Part shown: positions 1 through 9,428 of the stretch, one piece after another
How the letters are laid out: each line of letters starts with the position of its first letter
Numbering within the stretch: the stretch's first letter is position 1
Origin: Sulfurovum sp.
GTDB taxonomy: Bacteria; Campylobacterota; Campylobacteria; Campylobacterales; Sulfurovaceae
Length of the DNA: 41,566 bases
NCBI GenBank assembly: GCA_013139765.1
Contig: WTAE01000077.1
Span: 1 to 41,566, forward strand
Reading direction: 5' to 3'
Translations under genes and position numbers: made by a program
Notes under the pieces: generated by a model
Seen by the model: the letters and a program-made list of their open reading frames with translations, nothing else
Told to the model about the DNA's origin: nothing
The model's database searches: none

Positions 1-698
1 ATGACATCTTGGGCGATGATTGGACCTTCGTCTAAGTCATCTGTGACAAAGTGTGCAGTTGCTCCTATAATCTTCACCCCTCTTTCAAACGCTTGTTTAT
101 AAGGGTTTGCCCCTATAAATGCAGGTAAAAATGAGTGATGAATATTAATGATATTTTGTGGGTAAGCTTTTACAAAACCTGGGGTTAAAATACGCATATA
201 TTTGGCTAAGACAATGTAGTCAAAATTCTGTGCATCGATACACTCCATGACTTTTTCTTCATGTGCTTCACGAGAAAGATCTTCTGCAGGTATATGGTAA
301 AAAGGAATGTCAAAACGTTCAACAAGTGACCTTAATGTGTCATGGTTTGCAATGACACACTCAATCTCAGCACCCAACTCACCGTCAGCATAACGTATGA
401 GTATGTCACCTAAAGCATGAGACTCTTTAGTGGCTAAGAGTACAATTTTTTTGTCTTTGGGTTCAATGACACGAATGTGTGCATCTTTAGGTGTAATGGA
501 TTTTAGTTCAGCAAGAAGTTCTTCAATATCAAAAAGCCCTGTGACAATGGTACGCATGAAAAATCTTCCATGTTCTTTGTCTACAAATTCACGGTTGTTG
601 TCTATGTTTAAATTTCTGTCATAAAAGACTTTTGAAATTTTATAGACCAAACCTTTTGCATCTTCACAATCAATAAGTACTCTTGCTCTCTTTTCCAA
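1..698 (-). CDS. purU: Formyltetrahydrofolate deformylase (3' end runs off the window)
   Basis: Not in the ORF track. Manual translation from TTG at 698 gives MEKRARVLIDCEDAKGLV...IINIHHSFLPAFIGANPYKQAFERGVKIIGATAHFVTDDLDEGPII: an N-terminal ACT domain plus PurU formyltransferase motifs. Confidence 0.95.
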   Translation of the reverse strand, partial: MEKRARVLIDCEDAKGLVYKISKVFYDRNLNIDNNREFVDKEHGRFFMRTIVTGLFDIEELLAELKSITPKDAHIRVIEPKDKKIVLLATKESHALGDILIRYADGELGAEIECVIANHDTLRSLVERFDIPFYHIPAEDLSREAHEEKVMECIDAQNFDYIVLAKYMRILTPGFVKAYPQNIINIHHSFLPAFIGANPYKQAFERGVKIIGATAHFVTDDLDEGPIIAQDV

Positions 699-717
699 AA
701 CTAAACCCTTTTACGTC

Positions 718-1788
718 CTACTTACTAGCGTAGTTAGCGATAATATCACCCATTTCAGTACAAGAACAAATCTCTTTGGCATCATAATCACCAAGATCTC
801 CTGTACGGTAACCTTCACTCAAGGCTTTCTTAATGGCAGCATCAATTTTATCTGCAGCAGTATCTTCACCTAAAGCATAACGTAACATCATTGACGCAGA
901 TGAAATTGTTGCAAGAGGGTTGGCAATACCTTGACCAGCGATGTCTGGTGCAGAACCATGGATAGGCTCATAAAGACCTACACCTTTTCCTGTACTAGCA
1001 GACGGTAAAAGTCCAATAGACCCAGATAACATTGAAGCAGCATCAGACAAAATGTCTCCAAAAATGTTTCCAGTTAAAATAACATCAAACTGTTTAGGCT
1101 CACGGATGAGTTGCATTGCAGCATTGTCTACATACATATGTGTCAATTCCACTTCAGGGTACTCTTTAGCCACTTCAATCACTGTTTCTCTCCAGAATTG
1201 AGAAACTTCAAGTACATTGGCTTTGTCTACAGAACAAACACGTTTGTCACGTTGCATTGCAATTTTAAAAGCAACATGCGCAATACGTACCACTTCTTCA
1301 TGTGTGTATATCATAGTGTTAAATGCTCTGTCAGCATGTAATTCTCTTGGCTGACCAAAGTAAATACCACCTGTAAGTTCACGCACTACCATGATGTCTA
1401 CACCTTTGATCACTTCTGGCTTGAGGCTTGAAGCGTTAATCAATTCGTCATACACCATTGCTGGTCTAAGGTTTGCAAATGTTCCCATCTCTTTACGGAT
1501 AGCAAGAAGACCTGACTCAGGACGTAAGTGTCTCTCTAAGTTGTCCCATTTTGGTCCACCAATTGCACCAAAAAGTACTGCATCCGATTTTTTAACACCT
1601 TGAATGGTTGTATCTGGAAGAGGTACACCTGTTTCATCAATGGCAGCACCACCAAGTAAAAGTTCATCGTACTTAAGTCTAAACCCTGCTTGTACAGAAA
1701 CAGCATCAAGTACTTTGATGGCCTCGTCTATGATTTCCGGACCAATACCGTCACCTTTGATGACAGCAATTTTATATATTTTTCCCAT
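718..1788 (-). CDS. leuB: 3-isopropylmalate dehydrogenase
   Basis: [23 protein letters not shown] and [12 protein letters not shown] motifs. Confidence 0.97.
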   Translation of the reverse strand: MGKIYKIAVIKGDGIGPEIIDEAIKVLDAVSVQAGFRLKYDELLLGGAAIDETGVPLPDTTIQGVKKSDAVLFGAIGGPKWDNLERHLRPESGLLAIRKEMGTFANLRPAMVYDELINASSLKPEVIKGVDIMVVRELTGGIYFGQPRELHADRAFNTMIYTHEEVVRIAHVAFKIAMQRDKRVCSVDKANVLEVSQFWRETVIEVAKEYPEVELTHMYVDNAAMQLIREPKQFDVILTGNIFGDILSDAASMLSGSIGLLPSASTGKGVGLYEPIHGSAPDIAGQGIANPLATISSASMMLRYALGEDTAADKIDAAIKKALSEGYRTGDLGDYDAKEICSCTEMGDIIANYASK

Positions 1789-1800
1789 ATGCTTTACCTT

Positions 1801-2295
1801 TTACTTCTTATTATTTTCTATCTCTTGTTTAGCAAAAGCAATTAAGCCACCTGCATCTACAAGTTCTTGCATAAATTCTGGAATCGCTGCAAATTTATAG
1901 GTTTTTGCCTGAGAAACGTTAATCACTTCACCTGCATCCATGTCTACTCTTACTGTGTCACCTTCGTTTATCTCTACTGCTTCAGGCAATTCAAAAATAG
2001 GCAGTCCCATGTTAAACGCATTTCTGTAAAAAATACGTGCAAATGTGGGTGCTATAATGGCAGAAACGCCTGCTTCTTTAAGTGCGATGGGTGCATGTTC
2101 ACGAGAGGAACCACAGCCAAAGTTTTCACCTGCAACGATGATGTCACCCACAGACATTTTAGAAACGAACTCAGGGTCTTCATCTTCCATCACGTGTTTC
2201 GCTAGTTCTGACGCGTCAGAAGTATTGAGGTATCTTGCTGCGATAATTAAATCAGTATCAATGTTGTCGCCAAATTTCCAAACTTTACCTTGCAA
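1801..2295 (-). CDS. leuD: 3-isopropylmalate dehydratase small subunit
   Basis: DNIDTDLII and NFGCGSSREHA motifs. Start placed at TTG 2295 (AAAGGA RBS 6 nt upstream). The ORF-track extension to 2466 crosses the divergent promoters and is rejected. Confidence 0.93.
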   Translation of the reverse strand: MQGKVWKFGDNIDTDLIIAARYLNTSDASELAKHVMEDEDPEFVSKMSVGDIIVAGENFGCGSSREHAPIALKEAGVSAIIAPTFARIFYRNAFNMGLPIFELPEAVEINEGDTVRVDMDAGEVINVSQAKTYKFAAIPEFMQELVDAGGLIAFAKQEIENNKK

Positions 2296-2367
2296 ATTGT
2301 ATCCTTTAATTGTTAGGGGATCTATTATTAGAGTTTCCCTTAGGGTATTCACCCAAAATAATTCGCG

Positions 2368-2432
2368 ATTATATCCAAAAAAATTAAAATTATCAAATTT
2401 ACTGCTCATTTTTAAGAAAATTTCGGTATAAT
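2368..2432. promoter_or_regulatory. Divergent sigma70 -10 elements for leuD-leuB-purU (minus, 2368-2373) and rpoD (plus, 2427-2432)
   Basis: TATAAT on each strand with upstream AT-rich periodic tracts, as is typical of Campylobacterota housekeeping promoters. Confidence 0.7.
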
Positions 2433-2481
2433 CCTCCTTAAACAATTCTGAGGAACTTCTCCTCAACTATCAAGGGTACAA

Positions 2482-4338
2482 ATGGCAGCAAAAGACAGTA
2501 TGAAAAACATAGAAGCGTTATTTAACTCTAAGAAAAAAACCGATGTGGTAACACTTGAAAACATCGCAAAAGAATTTACCAAAGCACCTACCGCTGCTCA
2601 AGCGAAAAAAATCCATAAATTTGCAACAGATGCTAAAGCAGAAGTTATTTCAGCTTCAGAATACGCAACCTACCTCACAGACAAAGAGAAAAAGAAACGT
2701 GAAGAGATGCGTAGAAAAATGGCAGAAGGTGGTAACGAAGACACTTTTGACCTTCATAAAGAAAAAGAGCTTCTTGAGTGGAGCCGTTCTGACTCACCTG
2801 TACGTATGTATTTACGTGAGATGGGTAAAATTCCTCTCCTTACAAAAGAAGAAGAAGTTGATCTTTCTATGCGTATTGAAGAGGGTGAAGACGTCATCAT
2901 TGATGCTATTTGTTCAGTGCCTTACCTTATTGGGTACATCATTAACTACAAAGAACCTTTACTTAACCGTGAGAGACGTGTAAAAGAACTTTTTAAGAGT
3001 TTTGAAGATGAAAAAGCAGCAGCAGCAGATGATGACAATGCTGAAGAGACAAAAGAAGAAACAGCTGCGAAAAAAGCACCTAAAGATGACAAAAGAGTTA
3101 AACAAGTAGTTGATTCATTTAAACAACTTGAAAAAGCTAAAAAAGACTGGATGAAAGCACGTGAAGATTTAGATACATTTATCGCTTCAAAACCAGATAT
3201 TGTAGCTGTCTTACATGAACGTCTTAAAATTGCTTACAAAAAAGAACTTTTAAAGTCTGCGTTATTGAACCTTGGACCAACATCTAAACTTATTAATGAA
3301 CTTGTAAAAGCCATGGAAACTGCACTAAGATCTGATGACTCTTTTGAAAAAGAGCTCAAACGTTTAGAGTACAAACTTCCACTCTTTAACGATACACTCA
3401 AAGAGAATCACGTCAAACTTCTTGAAAACATTATCAACATGGACAAAGAAGACATCATCGATTCTGTACCTGAGACTACGATGGTAAGTACCTATGTTGA
3501 GATTAAAAAACTTTTTGAAACACGTGAAGCTTCTAAAGGTGGTTTCGACCTCTCCGAAGAAAAACTGCAAGAGATTTTAGGCCAAATCCGTCAAGGTAAA
3601 GCCAAGTCTGAAGTAGCAAAAACACGTATGGCAAAGTCAAACCTTAGATTGGTTGTCTCTATTGCAAAACGTTACACCAACCGTGGACTGCCTTTCCTTG
3701 ACCTCATCCAAGAGGGTAACATTGGTCTTATGAAAGCGGTTGATAAATTTGAATACGAAAAAGGGTACAAGTTTTCTACCTACGCAACATGGTGGATCCG
3801 TCAAGCGATTTCACGTGCCATTGCTGACCAAGCAAGAACCATTCGTATCCCTATTCACATGATTGAAACGATTAACCGTATCAATAAAATCATCAGAAAA
3901 CACCTTCAAGAAACAGGACGTGAGCCAGACTTAGACACCATTGCTGAAGAAGTAGGTCTTTCTGTAGACAAAGTGAAAAACGTTATTAAAATTACTAAAG
4001 AGCCTGTTTCTCTTGAAACACCTGTTGGTGATGAAGACGATGGTAGATTTGGTGACTTCATTGAAGATAAAACAACACTAAGTCCTACAGACGTTGTACT
4101 TAAAGATGACCTCAACAACCAAATTGATGAAGTCCTTGACCAACTCAACGAAAGAGAAAAAGCCGTTATTCGTATGCGTTTTGGTCTTCTTGAAGATGAG
4201 AGTGACAGAACACTAGAAGAGATTGGTAAAGAACTTTCCGTCACACGTGAAAGAGTAAGACAGATAGAATCATCTGCGATTAAAAAACTAAAACACCCTA
4301 AAGTGGGACGTAAACTTAAAAACTACATCGAAGAGTAA
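2482..4338 (+). CDS. rpoD: RNA polymerase primary sigma factor sigma70
   Basis: [12 protein letters not shown] (region 1.2), [12 protein letters not shown] and [17 protein letters not shown] (region 2), [20 protein letters not shown] (region 4.2). Confidence 0.98.
   Translation: MAAKDSMKNIEALFNSKKKTDVVTLENIAKEFTKAPTAAQAKKIHKFATDAKAEVISASEYATYLTDKEKKKREEMRRKMAEGGNEDTFDLHKEKELLEWSRSDSPVRMYLREMGKIPLLTKEEEVDLSMRIEEGEDVIIDAICSVPYLIGYIINYKEPLLNRERRVKELFKSFEDEKAAAADDDNAEETKEETAAKKAPKDDKRVKQVVDSFKQLEKAKKDWMKAREDLDTFIASKPDIVAVLHERLKIAYKKELLKSALLNLGPTSKLINELVKAMETALRSDDSFEKELKRLEYKLPLFNDTLKENHVKLLENIINMDKEDIIDSVPETTMVSTYVEIKKLFETREASKGGFDLSEEKLQEILGQIRQGKAKSEVAKTRMAKSNLRLVVSIAKRYTNRGLPFLDLIQEGNIGLMKAVDKFEYEKGYKFSTYATWWIRQAISRAIADQARTIRIPIHMIETINRINKIIRKHLQETGREPDLDTIAEEVGLSVDKVKNVIKITKEPVSLETPVGDEDDGRFGDFIEDKTTLSPTDVVLKDDLNNQIDEVLDQLNEREKAVIRMRFGLLEDESDRTLEEIGKELSVTRERVRQIESSAIKKLKHPKVGRKLKNYIEE
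4169..4338 (+). repeat. Direct repeat copy 1 (functional rpoD 3' end, 170 bp)
   Basis: Matches 11556-11725 at 164/170 nt by manual alignment. Confidence 0.97.
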
Positions 4339-4345
4339 CATATAC

Positions 4346-4369
4346 CTAGGGTCGGGGAACTGACCCTAG
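4346..4369 (+). terminator. rpoD 3' hairpin CTAGGGTCGG-GGAA-CTGACCCTAG
   Basis: 10-bp stem (one G-T pair) starting 8 nt after the rpoD stop. No clear U-tract, so the terminator role is uncertain. Confidence 0.55.
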
Positions 4370-4405
4370 CGTTCAAGCAAGACATATTCATACATCCACC
4401 CCCCC

Positions 4406-5623
4406 TTATTTCACCCCTACCCACTTCGTAAGAAATTTTATCGTAGGTGCTTGCACAAAAAGTGTAAACAATACAACCCCATAAGCTATAGACTGTACTG
4501 TGTACCAGTACTCTAGTTCTAGAGGTATGGAGAGTGCAAGGGCAACTACCACTGCACCACGCAGGCCTCCCCAAAAGATGATGACCTGATACCCTCTGCT
4601 TATAGGCTCAATATATGGCAATTGTGAAACCAAAGGCAGAATAACAAAGATACCTATCGCCCTTGCGATAAGTACAGAGACAATCCCTAGTAGCATTGCC
4701 AGCCAATGACTCGTAAACATCTCTATAGTAATAGTGATACCTACAAGTAAGAAAATGATAATGTTTGCGATGTACGCATTAAACTCCCATAAATTTTCTA
4801 TAAATCTTGACGCTTCTACTCTTTTGCAACGCTCCCATGAGATAAGCAAACCTGTCACAAGTACCGCCATTACACCTGAGACATGTAAAAAATGCTCTGC
4901 AAATATAAAGGCACTATAGGCAGAGATAATGCTTATGAGTGATTTTGCAAAACTGCCTTCCGTCACTTTGTATAAAAGCATAAAAACAAACCCCAAAACA
5001 GTACCAACAAAAATACCTCCAAAGAAAACAAACATAAATTCTTTGATAGCATCTAGTCCAGAGAAAGACCCTATATCCATTTGTGCAAAAGCAATAAACA
5101 GTCCAAAAAGTACAATGACAGTGGCATCATTAAACAAACTTTCACCATCTACTAGGGTACTAAGGCGTACGGGTACTTTAATCTGTTTAAAGATATCAAG
5201 TACGGCTACAGGATCCGTAGCAGACAAGATAGCACCCGTCAACAAAGCAGCAATGATAGGAAATCCAAGAGGATGGTCTATGCCATAGTAGAGTAGCGTA
5301 GCGGTGATAAAGGTGCTTAATAACATGATAGGGATAGCCAAAATAACGATAGGAATAAGGTTTTTTAGTAATAACTTGGCATCTATGTTTAAAGCAGATT
5401 CAAAAATAAGCACAGGCAATAATATATAAAATACCAAATCATGAAAATGATACCAACGCAAGCCAAGGTCAAATCCAAGTGCAATTATCAACTCAGAACC
5501 CAAAAAACCCTCAATGACTAGTAAGGCAGAAAAAGGAAGACCTATACGTTTCGCCAAAGGGACACTCAGAACTGCGACAACTAACAGTATAATTAGTATA
5601 GTGATACTCTCATATATTTGCAT
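4406..5623 (-). CDS. CPA1-family (NhaP-like) Na+/H+ antiporter
   Basis: Highly hydrophobic; GAILSATDPVAV, GESLFND and GGLRGAV motifs. Confidence 0.92.
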   Translation of the reverse strand: MQIYESITILIILLVVAVLSVPLAKRIGLPFSALLVIEGFLGSELIIALGFDLGLRWYHFHDLVFYILLPVLIFESALNIDAKLLLKNLIPIVILAIPIMLLSTFITATLLYYGIDHPLGFPIIAALLTGAILSATDPVAVLDIFKQIKVPVRLSTLVDGESLFNDATVIVLFGLFIAFAQMDIGSFSGLDAIKEFMFVFFGGIFVGTVLGFVFMLLYKVTEGSFAKSLISIISAYSAFIFAEHFLHVSGVMAVLVTGLLISWERCKRVEASRFIENLWEFNAYIANIIIFLLVGITITIEMFTSHWLAMLLGIVSVLIARAIGIFVILPLVSQLPYIEPISRGYQVIIFWGGLRGAVVVALALSIPLELEYWYTVQSIAYGVVLFTLFVQAPTIKFLTKWVGVK

Positions 5624-5749
5624 ATTTACTCCACTAATGATAGGCTAGTTTAACCTTTCATCGTGCAGAATGTGTGTATCTGATTTCAATATACCCCCAG
5701 GCTTTTTCTTAGCACCTACAAGCCCATATACCACAGCAAGAGGAACAAT

Positions 5750-5925
5750 GTAAACTTCATCTGTGACATACCATGATTTAAAGCGTCCTTGCCACAAATG
5801 TCCTGCTCTTTTATATTTTTTGTTAAAGAAGGCAGAGTGCTCAGGTAATAATGACAACTCAATTCTTCAAAGAACGCATCATCCTCTACTTCTTTAAAAT
5901 CAAATGAGGGTCCGACCACTAAAGT
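5750..5925 (-). pseudogene. Internally deleted remnant of a REP-associated tyrosine transposase (RAYT / Y1_Tnp family)
   Basis: FFNKKYKRAGHLWQGRFKSWYVTDE is a characteristic RAYT segment. The upstream frame FKEVEDDAFFEELSCHY resembles the RAYT N-terminal part. The HUH motif, start and catalytic C-terminus are missing. Confidence 0.8.
5834..5906. repeat. 73-bp dispersed repeat copy A (RAYT-derived)
   Basis: 66/73 identical to 13683-13755. Confidence 0.9.
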
Positions 5926-5973
5926 CAAAGACAAGATCAAAGAGATGCGATCTTTCGCTTCATTCCTAACATT

Positions 5974-6065
5974 CCTATAGTTTTATTTTATGTATAAAAC
6001 AAAACTATAGGCCCTTGAAAAAGGGCTATAGCTGAAGCCATCCTTCTCTTATGAATGAGAAGGAT
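5974..6065. other. Cluster of three hairpins with CTATAG repeats
   Basis: CCTATAGTTTT..AAAACTATAGG (5974-6011), CTATAGGCCCTT-GAAA-AAGGGCTATAG (6005-6031), ATCCTTCTC..GAGAAGGAT (6040-6065). Confidence 0.75.
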
Positions 6066-6086
6066 CATTTTTAAATATATCCAAAA

Positions 6087-6482
6087 TTAAAAACGGAAAT
6101 TCACAGCTATCGCTGGCCCTGAAAACTCTAGATCTTGGACAAGTCCTAAGTCACCTTGATCATAACTCATATGTCTATATGCCAACAAAACATCTCCCCA
6201 ACCGTAGCGATATCCAACACCTGCAAGTGCCTGCCATGTGAGATCGGAATCTCCTGCTCCTATGTCAAAGTGGTAGGGAATATACCATTGTTCATTAATG
6301 TTATAAGAACCCTTGAATCCCACAACAGCATCCCAAAGCTCTGCAGACTGAGCAAAATCACGTCCGGGAAGCGATGGAGGAAAAGGACCATCAGCTGAAA
6401 GAGAAACATCTACATCAATAGAAATATAACGTGCTCCTGCAATGAGATCAAATGTATAATCACTTGTCATTACTTTTTTCAT
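6087..6482 (-). pseudogene. C-terminal half of an outer-membrane beta-barrel protein (probable in-frame deletion)
   Basis: Amphipathic strands (DLTWQALAGVGYRY, FSGPAIAVNFRF with C-terminal Phe). It begins MKKVM but lacks the hydrophobic core of a signal peptide. Confidence 0.6.
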
Positions 6483-6506
6483 AATATTTCCCTTTGTATT
6501 TTGAGT

Positions 6507-7370
6507 TTACTTGAGCATAGCATTTTTCAGGGCACTTAGTTCTTTCTTAGTAAGCCCAAGTTCTTTGATGGCATAGTTCTCAAATGAGCCGTATTCTTTT
6601 ATGATCTCATCTCGTGTAGCATCTATATATTTACCTTCTAGGATATAAAAGGCTTTGATATTTGTCATATCTACCTCTTCGAATGAAATCCCTTTCGTTT
6701 TAGCGGTCATTTTACCAAGCTGTACTATACGCTTTTCTACTCCAGCTTTACGTGTAATATTAGAAAGTAGATAATCTTCACGTACCGTTTTCCAAGGAAC
6801 ACCTATAAGTGAAAGGATGATAGCTGTAGCAGTACCTGTTCTGTGTACTCCATGGGAACAGTGATATACAAGAGCACCTTCTTTATTTTTAATAATTTCT
6901 CTAATTAAAGAAGCATAACTTGATGCACCAGCCTTAGGTAGTAATTTGTGAACAAAGGGGTTTAGTTCAACAGGTAGCTTTGAAAAGTCTCCTGTTTTTC
7001 TTCCTTTATTGGCCTCTTGTACTAAGGATTGAGCTTCTTGTGTTGAAATAGGAATAAGTACTTCTTTTGTACCTTCAGGCAAACGATCTTTCCCTGTCTT
7101 TTCTATCTCTTCTTTAAGAAGAAAATTCACAACGACATTAACCTTTAATTTTTTTAGCTTTTCAACATCAGCATCACTTAGTTTTGGTAATTCACCTGAT
7201 CTATAGACCTTACCCATTTTAATGGTATGTCCATCTTCTGTTGTGTAGCCACCTATATCTCGAAAATTAGCCTGACCATCTAGACTAATAACTCTAAGTT
7301 TCTCTTGAGGGTTAGCGAAACTTAGAGTAGCTAGTGTTAGGAGTAATACAAGTATCTTATCTATCTGCAT
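6507..7370 (-). CDS. Exported protein-tyrosine/CX5R phosphatase (Y_phosphatase3, IphP/PtpB-like)
   Basis: Signal peptide; NFRDIGGY, VYRSGEL, P-loop HCSHGVHRTG, DYLLSN. Confidence 0.9.
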   Translation of the reverse strand: MQIDKILVLLLTLATLSFANPQEKLRVISLDGQANFRDIGGYTTEDGHTIKMGKVYRSGELPKLSDADVEKLKKLKVNVVVNFLLKEEIEKTGKDRLPEGTKEVLIPISTQEAQSLVQEANKGRKTGDFSKLPVELNPFVHKLLPKAGASSYASLIREIIKNKEGALVYHCSHGVHRTGTATAIILSLIGVPWKTVREDYLLSNITRKAGVEKRIVQLGKMTAKTKGISFEEVDMTNIKAFYILEGKYIDATRDEIIKEYGSFENYAIKELGLTKKELSALKNAMLK

Positions 7371-7410
7371 ATCTTTCCTTTTATAGGGTTATATTAATAA
7401 AATGATCGAC

Positions 7411-7439
7411 AAGTTGAACTGAATTTTCCAGTTCAACTT
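7411..7439. other. Perfect 11-bp inverted repeat between the sulfatase and phosphatase genes
   Basis: AAGTTGAACTG-AATTTTC-CAGTTCAACTT. Confidence 0.7.
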
Positions 7440-7453
7440 TAAGGACGAAAACT

Positions 7454-9106
7454 TTATTTTTGAGGTAGTCCAAGCTTAAAGACCTCTAAGAGTCTCTTCG
7501 TTTCAGGTCTCAGGTTTTCTATTCCTGTATAAGGCATAGCATGTACAGGTCGTCTATCTGGGTATTTCATTTTAAATGCCATATGACGTTTTACCATACC
7601 CGCAAATTGACCACCAGCCCATGGACCGTATTTTATGCTTTCGTGAGGACGTTCTTCTCTTGGATCACGATACAAGTCATATATTTTTGCTGCAATCGGA
7701 TTTGCCCCTGGAGGTGGAAGGTGCATCTTGTATTTGTTTTTAACAATTGATTTGAGTTGGGTGCCTTCATAGATATGAACATAATCTCTACGTCCATGTG
7801 TCTCACCTAAAAGCAAGATACCTGTCTGGTCAACACCGTCAATGATTCTGTCTCTTGGGATTTTTTCAGTCCCTTTCCCAATACGTGCCAAAGTAGTAAA
7901 TAAGTCTGAGACATGGAAAATATCTTCTGCTGAGCTACCTGGTTCGATCATACCTTTCCATTGTATCCAGGCATTGACACGTACACCACCTTCAAGGTGA
8001 TCTGCTTTACCGCCACGATAGATACGGTCTGACTGTCCACTAGGTCCAGCATACTGCATAAATGGCCCATTATCACCCATAAGAATAATGACAGTGTTTT
8101 CTGCGATACCCAAAGTATCAACCTCTTTGATAATATCACCTATCCAATCATCCAACTCAACCAAGATATCAGCCATAGTTCCACCGTTTAAAGTGTTGTA
8201 TTTACTGTTATTTTCTTGTACAAAAGAGAGTGGGAAAAGTGGCCAGTAATTTAAAAAGAATGGCTTGTCCTGTTTTGCAAGTTTACGTATTTGAGAGATG
8301 GCATTTCTTTGATAACGTTCATTCATCTCTCTATATTTCTTTTGTGTCCACGATTCACCCGATTTCATTTCAACTTCAAAAAGTTTTCCATCTTTAAGCT
8401 CAACACCTGTCACCATATCAGCCGGGTTGGGTACAAAAAGTTTATCGAGTGTAAATGTCTGTTCTGCTCTCTTTGCATCTACACCACGAATGATGTCAGC
8501 ATCTTCCATCTCTAGACCCATAATAGCAAGCTGACCTTGCTGGTGGATAGGAAATTCTGCATGCATAAAACCTTGATTGCTTGCATAAGCCTGTTCAATA
8601 TCCCCCATATGCCATTTCCCAACATGCGAAGTGTTGTATCCGGAATCACGTAATACTTCAGCTATGGTGACTTCTTCTGCAGGTAAACCATCACCTGCTA
8701 TCGTTGCCTTTGCCTCTGTTACCCCTGTGCGCGTTGGGTAACGTCCTGTCATCATCGCAACACGTGTCGGGGTACATGATGGTTCTGTATACATACGATT
8801 AAGACTCATCCCCTCTTTTGCAAGAGATGACATATTGGGTGTTTTATACCCACGGATAACACTCAAGTCATCCATACCGATCTCACCAAAACCTACATCA
8901 TCAAGAAGGATATAAATAATATTGGGGGCTTTCCCCCCGTTCTTTTTTCTATAGGCCTCAAGCTTTTGATCTATTTTCTTATCGTCTTTCTTCCACTTCT
9001 GCCCATTTTGGGCTTCCAAGATTCTGTACTCTGCATCGTGTACAATAGGCGCTTGTGCAAGCAACCCTAAAGTCGATATTAATATCCCAAGAATGATTCT
9101 TTTCAT
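7454..9106 (-). CDS. Exported formylglycine-dependent (Cys-type) arylsulfatase
   Basis: Signal peptide; PNIIYILLDDVG, CTPTR (CxPxR), GKWH, GDNG and EGGVRV motifs. Confidence 0.93.
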   Translation of the reverse strand: MKRIILGILISTLGLLAQAPIVHDAEYRILEAQNGQKWKKDDKKIDQKLEAYRKKNGGKAPNIIYILLDDVGFGEIGMDDLSVIRGYKTPNMSSLAKEGMSLNRMYTEPSCTPTRVAMMTGRYPTRTGVTEAKATIAGDGLPAEEVTIAEVLRDSGYNTSHVGKWHMGDIEQAYASNQGFMHAEFPIHQQGQLAIMGLEMEDADIIRGVDAKRAEQTFTLDKLFVPNPADMVTGVELKDGKLFEVEMKSGESWTQKKYREMNERYQRNAISQIRKLAKQDKPFFLNYWPLFPLSFVQENNSKYNTLNGGTMADILVELDDWIGDIIKEVDTLGIAENTVIILMGDNGPFMQYAGPSGQSDRIYRGGKADHLEGGVRVNAWIQWKGMIEPGSSAEDIFHVSDLFTTLARIGKGTEKIPRDRIIDGVDQTGILLLGETHGRRDYVHIYEGTQLKSIVKNKYKMHLPPPGANPIAAKIYDLYRDPREERPHESIKYGPWAGGQFAGMVKRHMAFKMKYPDRRPVHAMPYTGIENLRPETKRLLEVFKLGLPQK

Positions 9107-9264
9107 ACTTTTCCTTTTAGATAAATTTTCATATAATAATTATATCAGAATATATCAAAAACTTTTTAATCTTATTAAAGTATAATTATACTCTTATGTT
9201 TAAGGTTTACAGTAAATGACAATCTCATTTTTATGAATCTATAATAATTTAAAAAAGGTATTAA

Positions 9265-9337
9265 ATGACGAAAATATTTAGCAACAGTGGTTCTAGGGCT
9301 TTTACTAAGTGGATGGATAAGAAAGAAAAGCAAATAG
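9265..9337 (+). pseudogene. Possible frameshifted lipoprotein signal-peptide remnant
   Basis: AAGG RBS and ATG. Removing one A gives MTKYLATVVLGLLLSGW..., which looks like an LSGC lipobox that has been truncated. Confidence 0.3.
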
Positions 9338-9428
9338 CAATCTCCTTTACAAGTTATTCATATCTTCTAGCTCCATAATAATATTTTCCATATGATATAT
9401 TTAATACTTACAAACTGACAGGCAAGGT

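Noticed and set aside
2361-2375. 15-nt exact repeat ATTCGCGATTATATC also at 27121 (variants near 27885 and 39930)
   Set aside because: Explained as the minus-strand TATAAT -10 plus discriminator of housekeeping promoters, not a mobile repeat.
2296-2466. N-terminal extension of LeuD in the ORF track
   Set aside because: It crosses both divergent promoters; a TTG with a good RBS at 2295 gives a normal-length LeuD.
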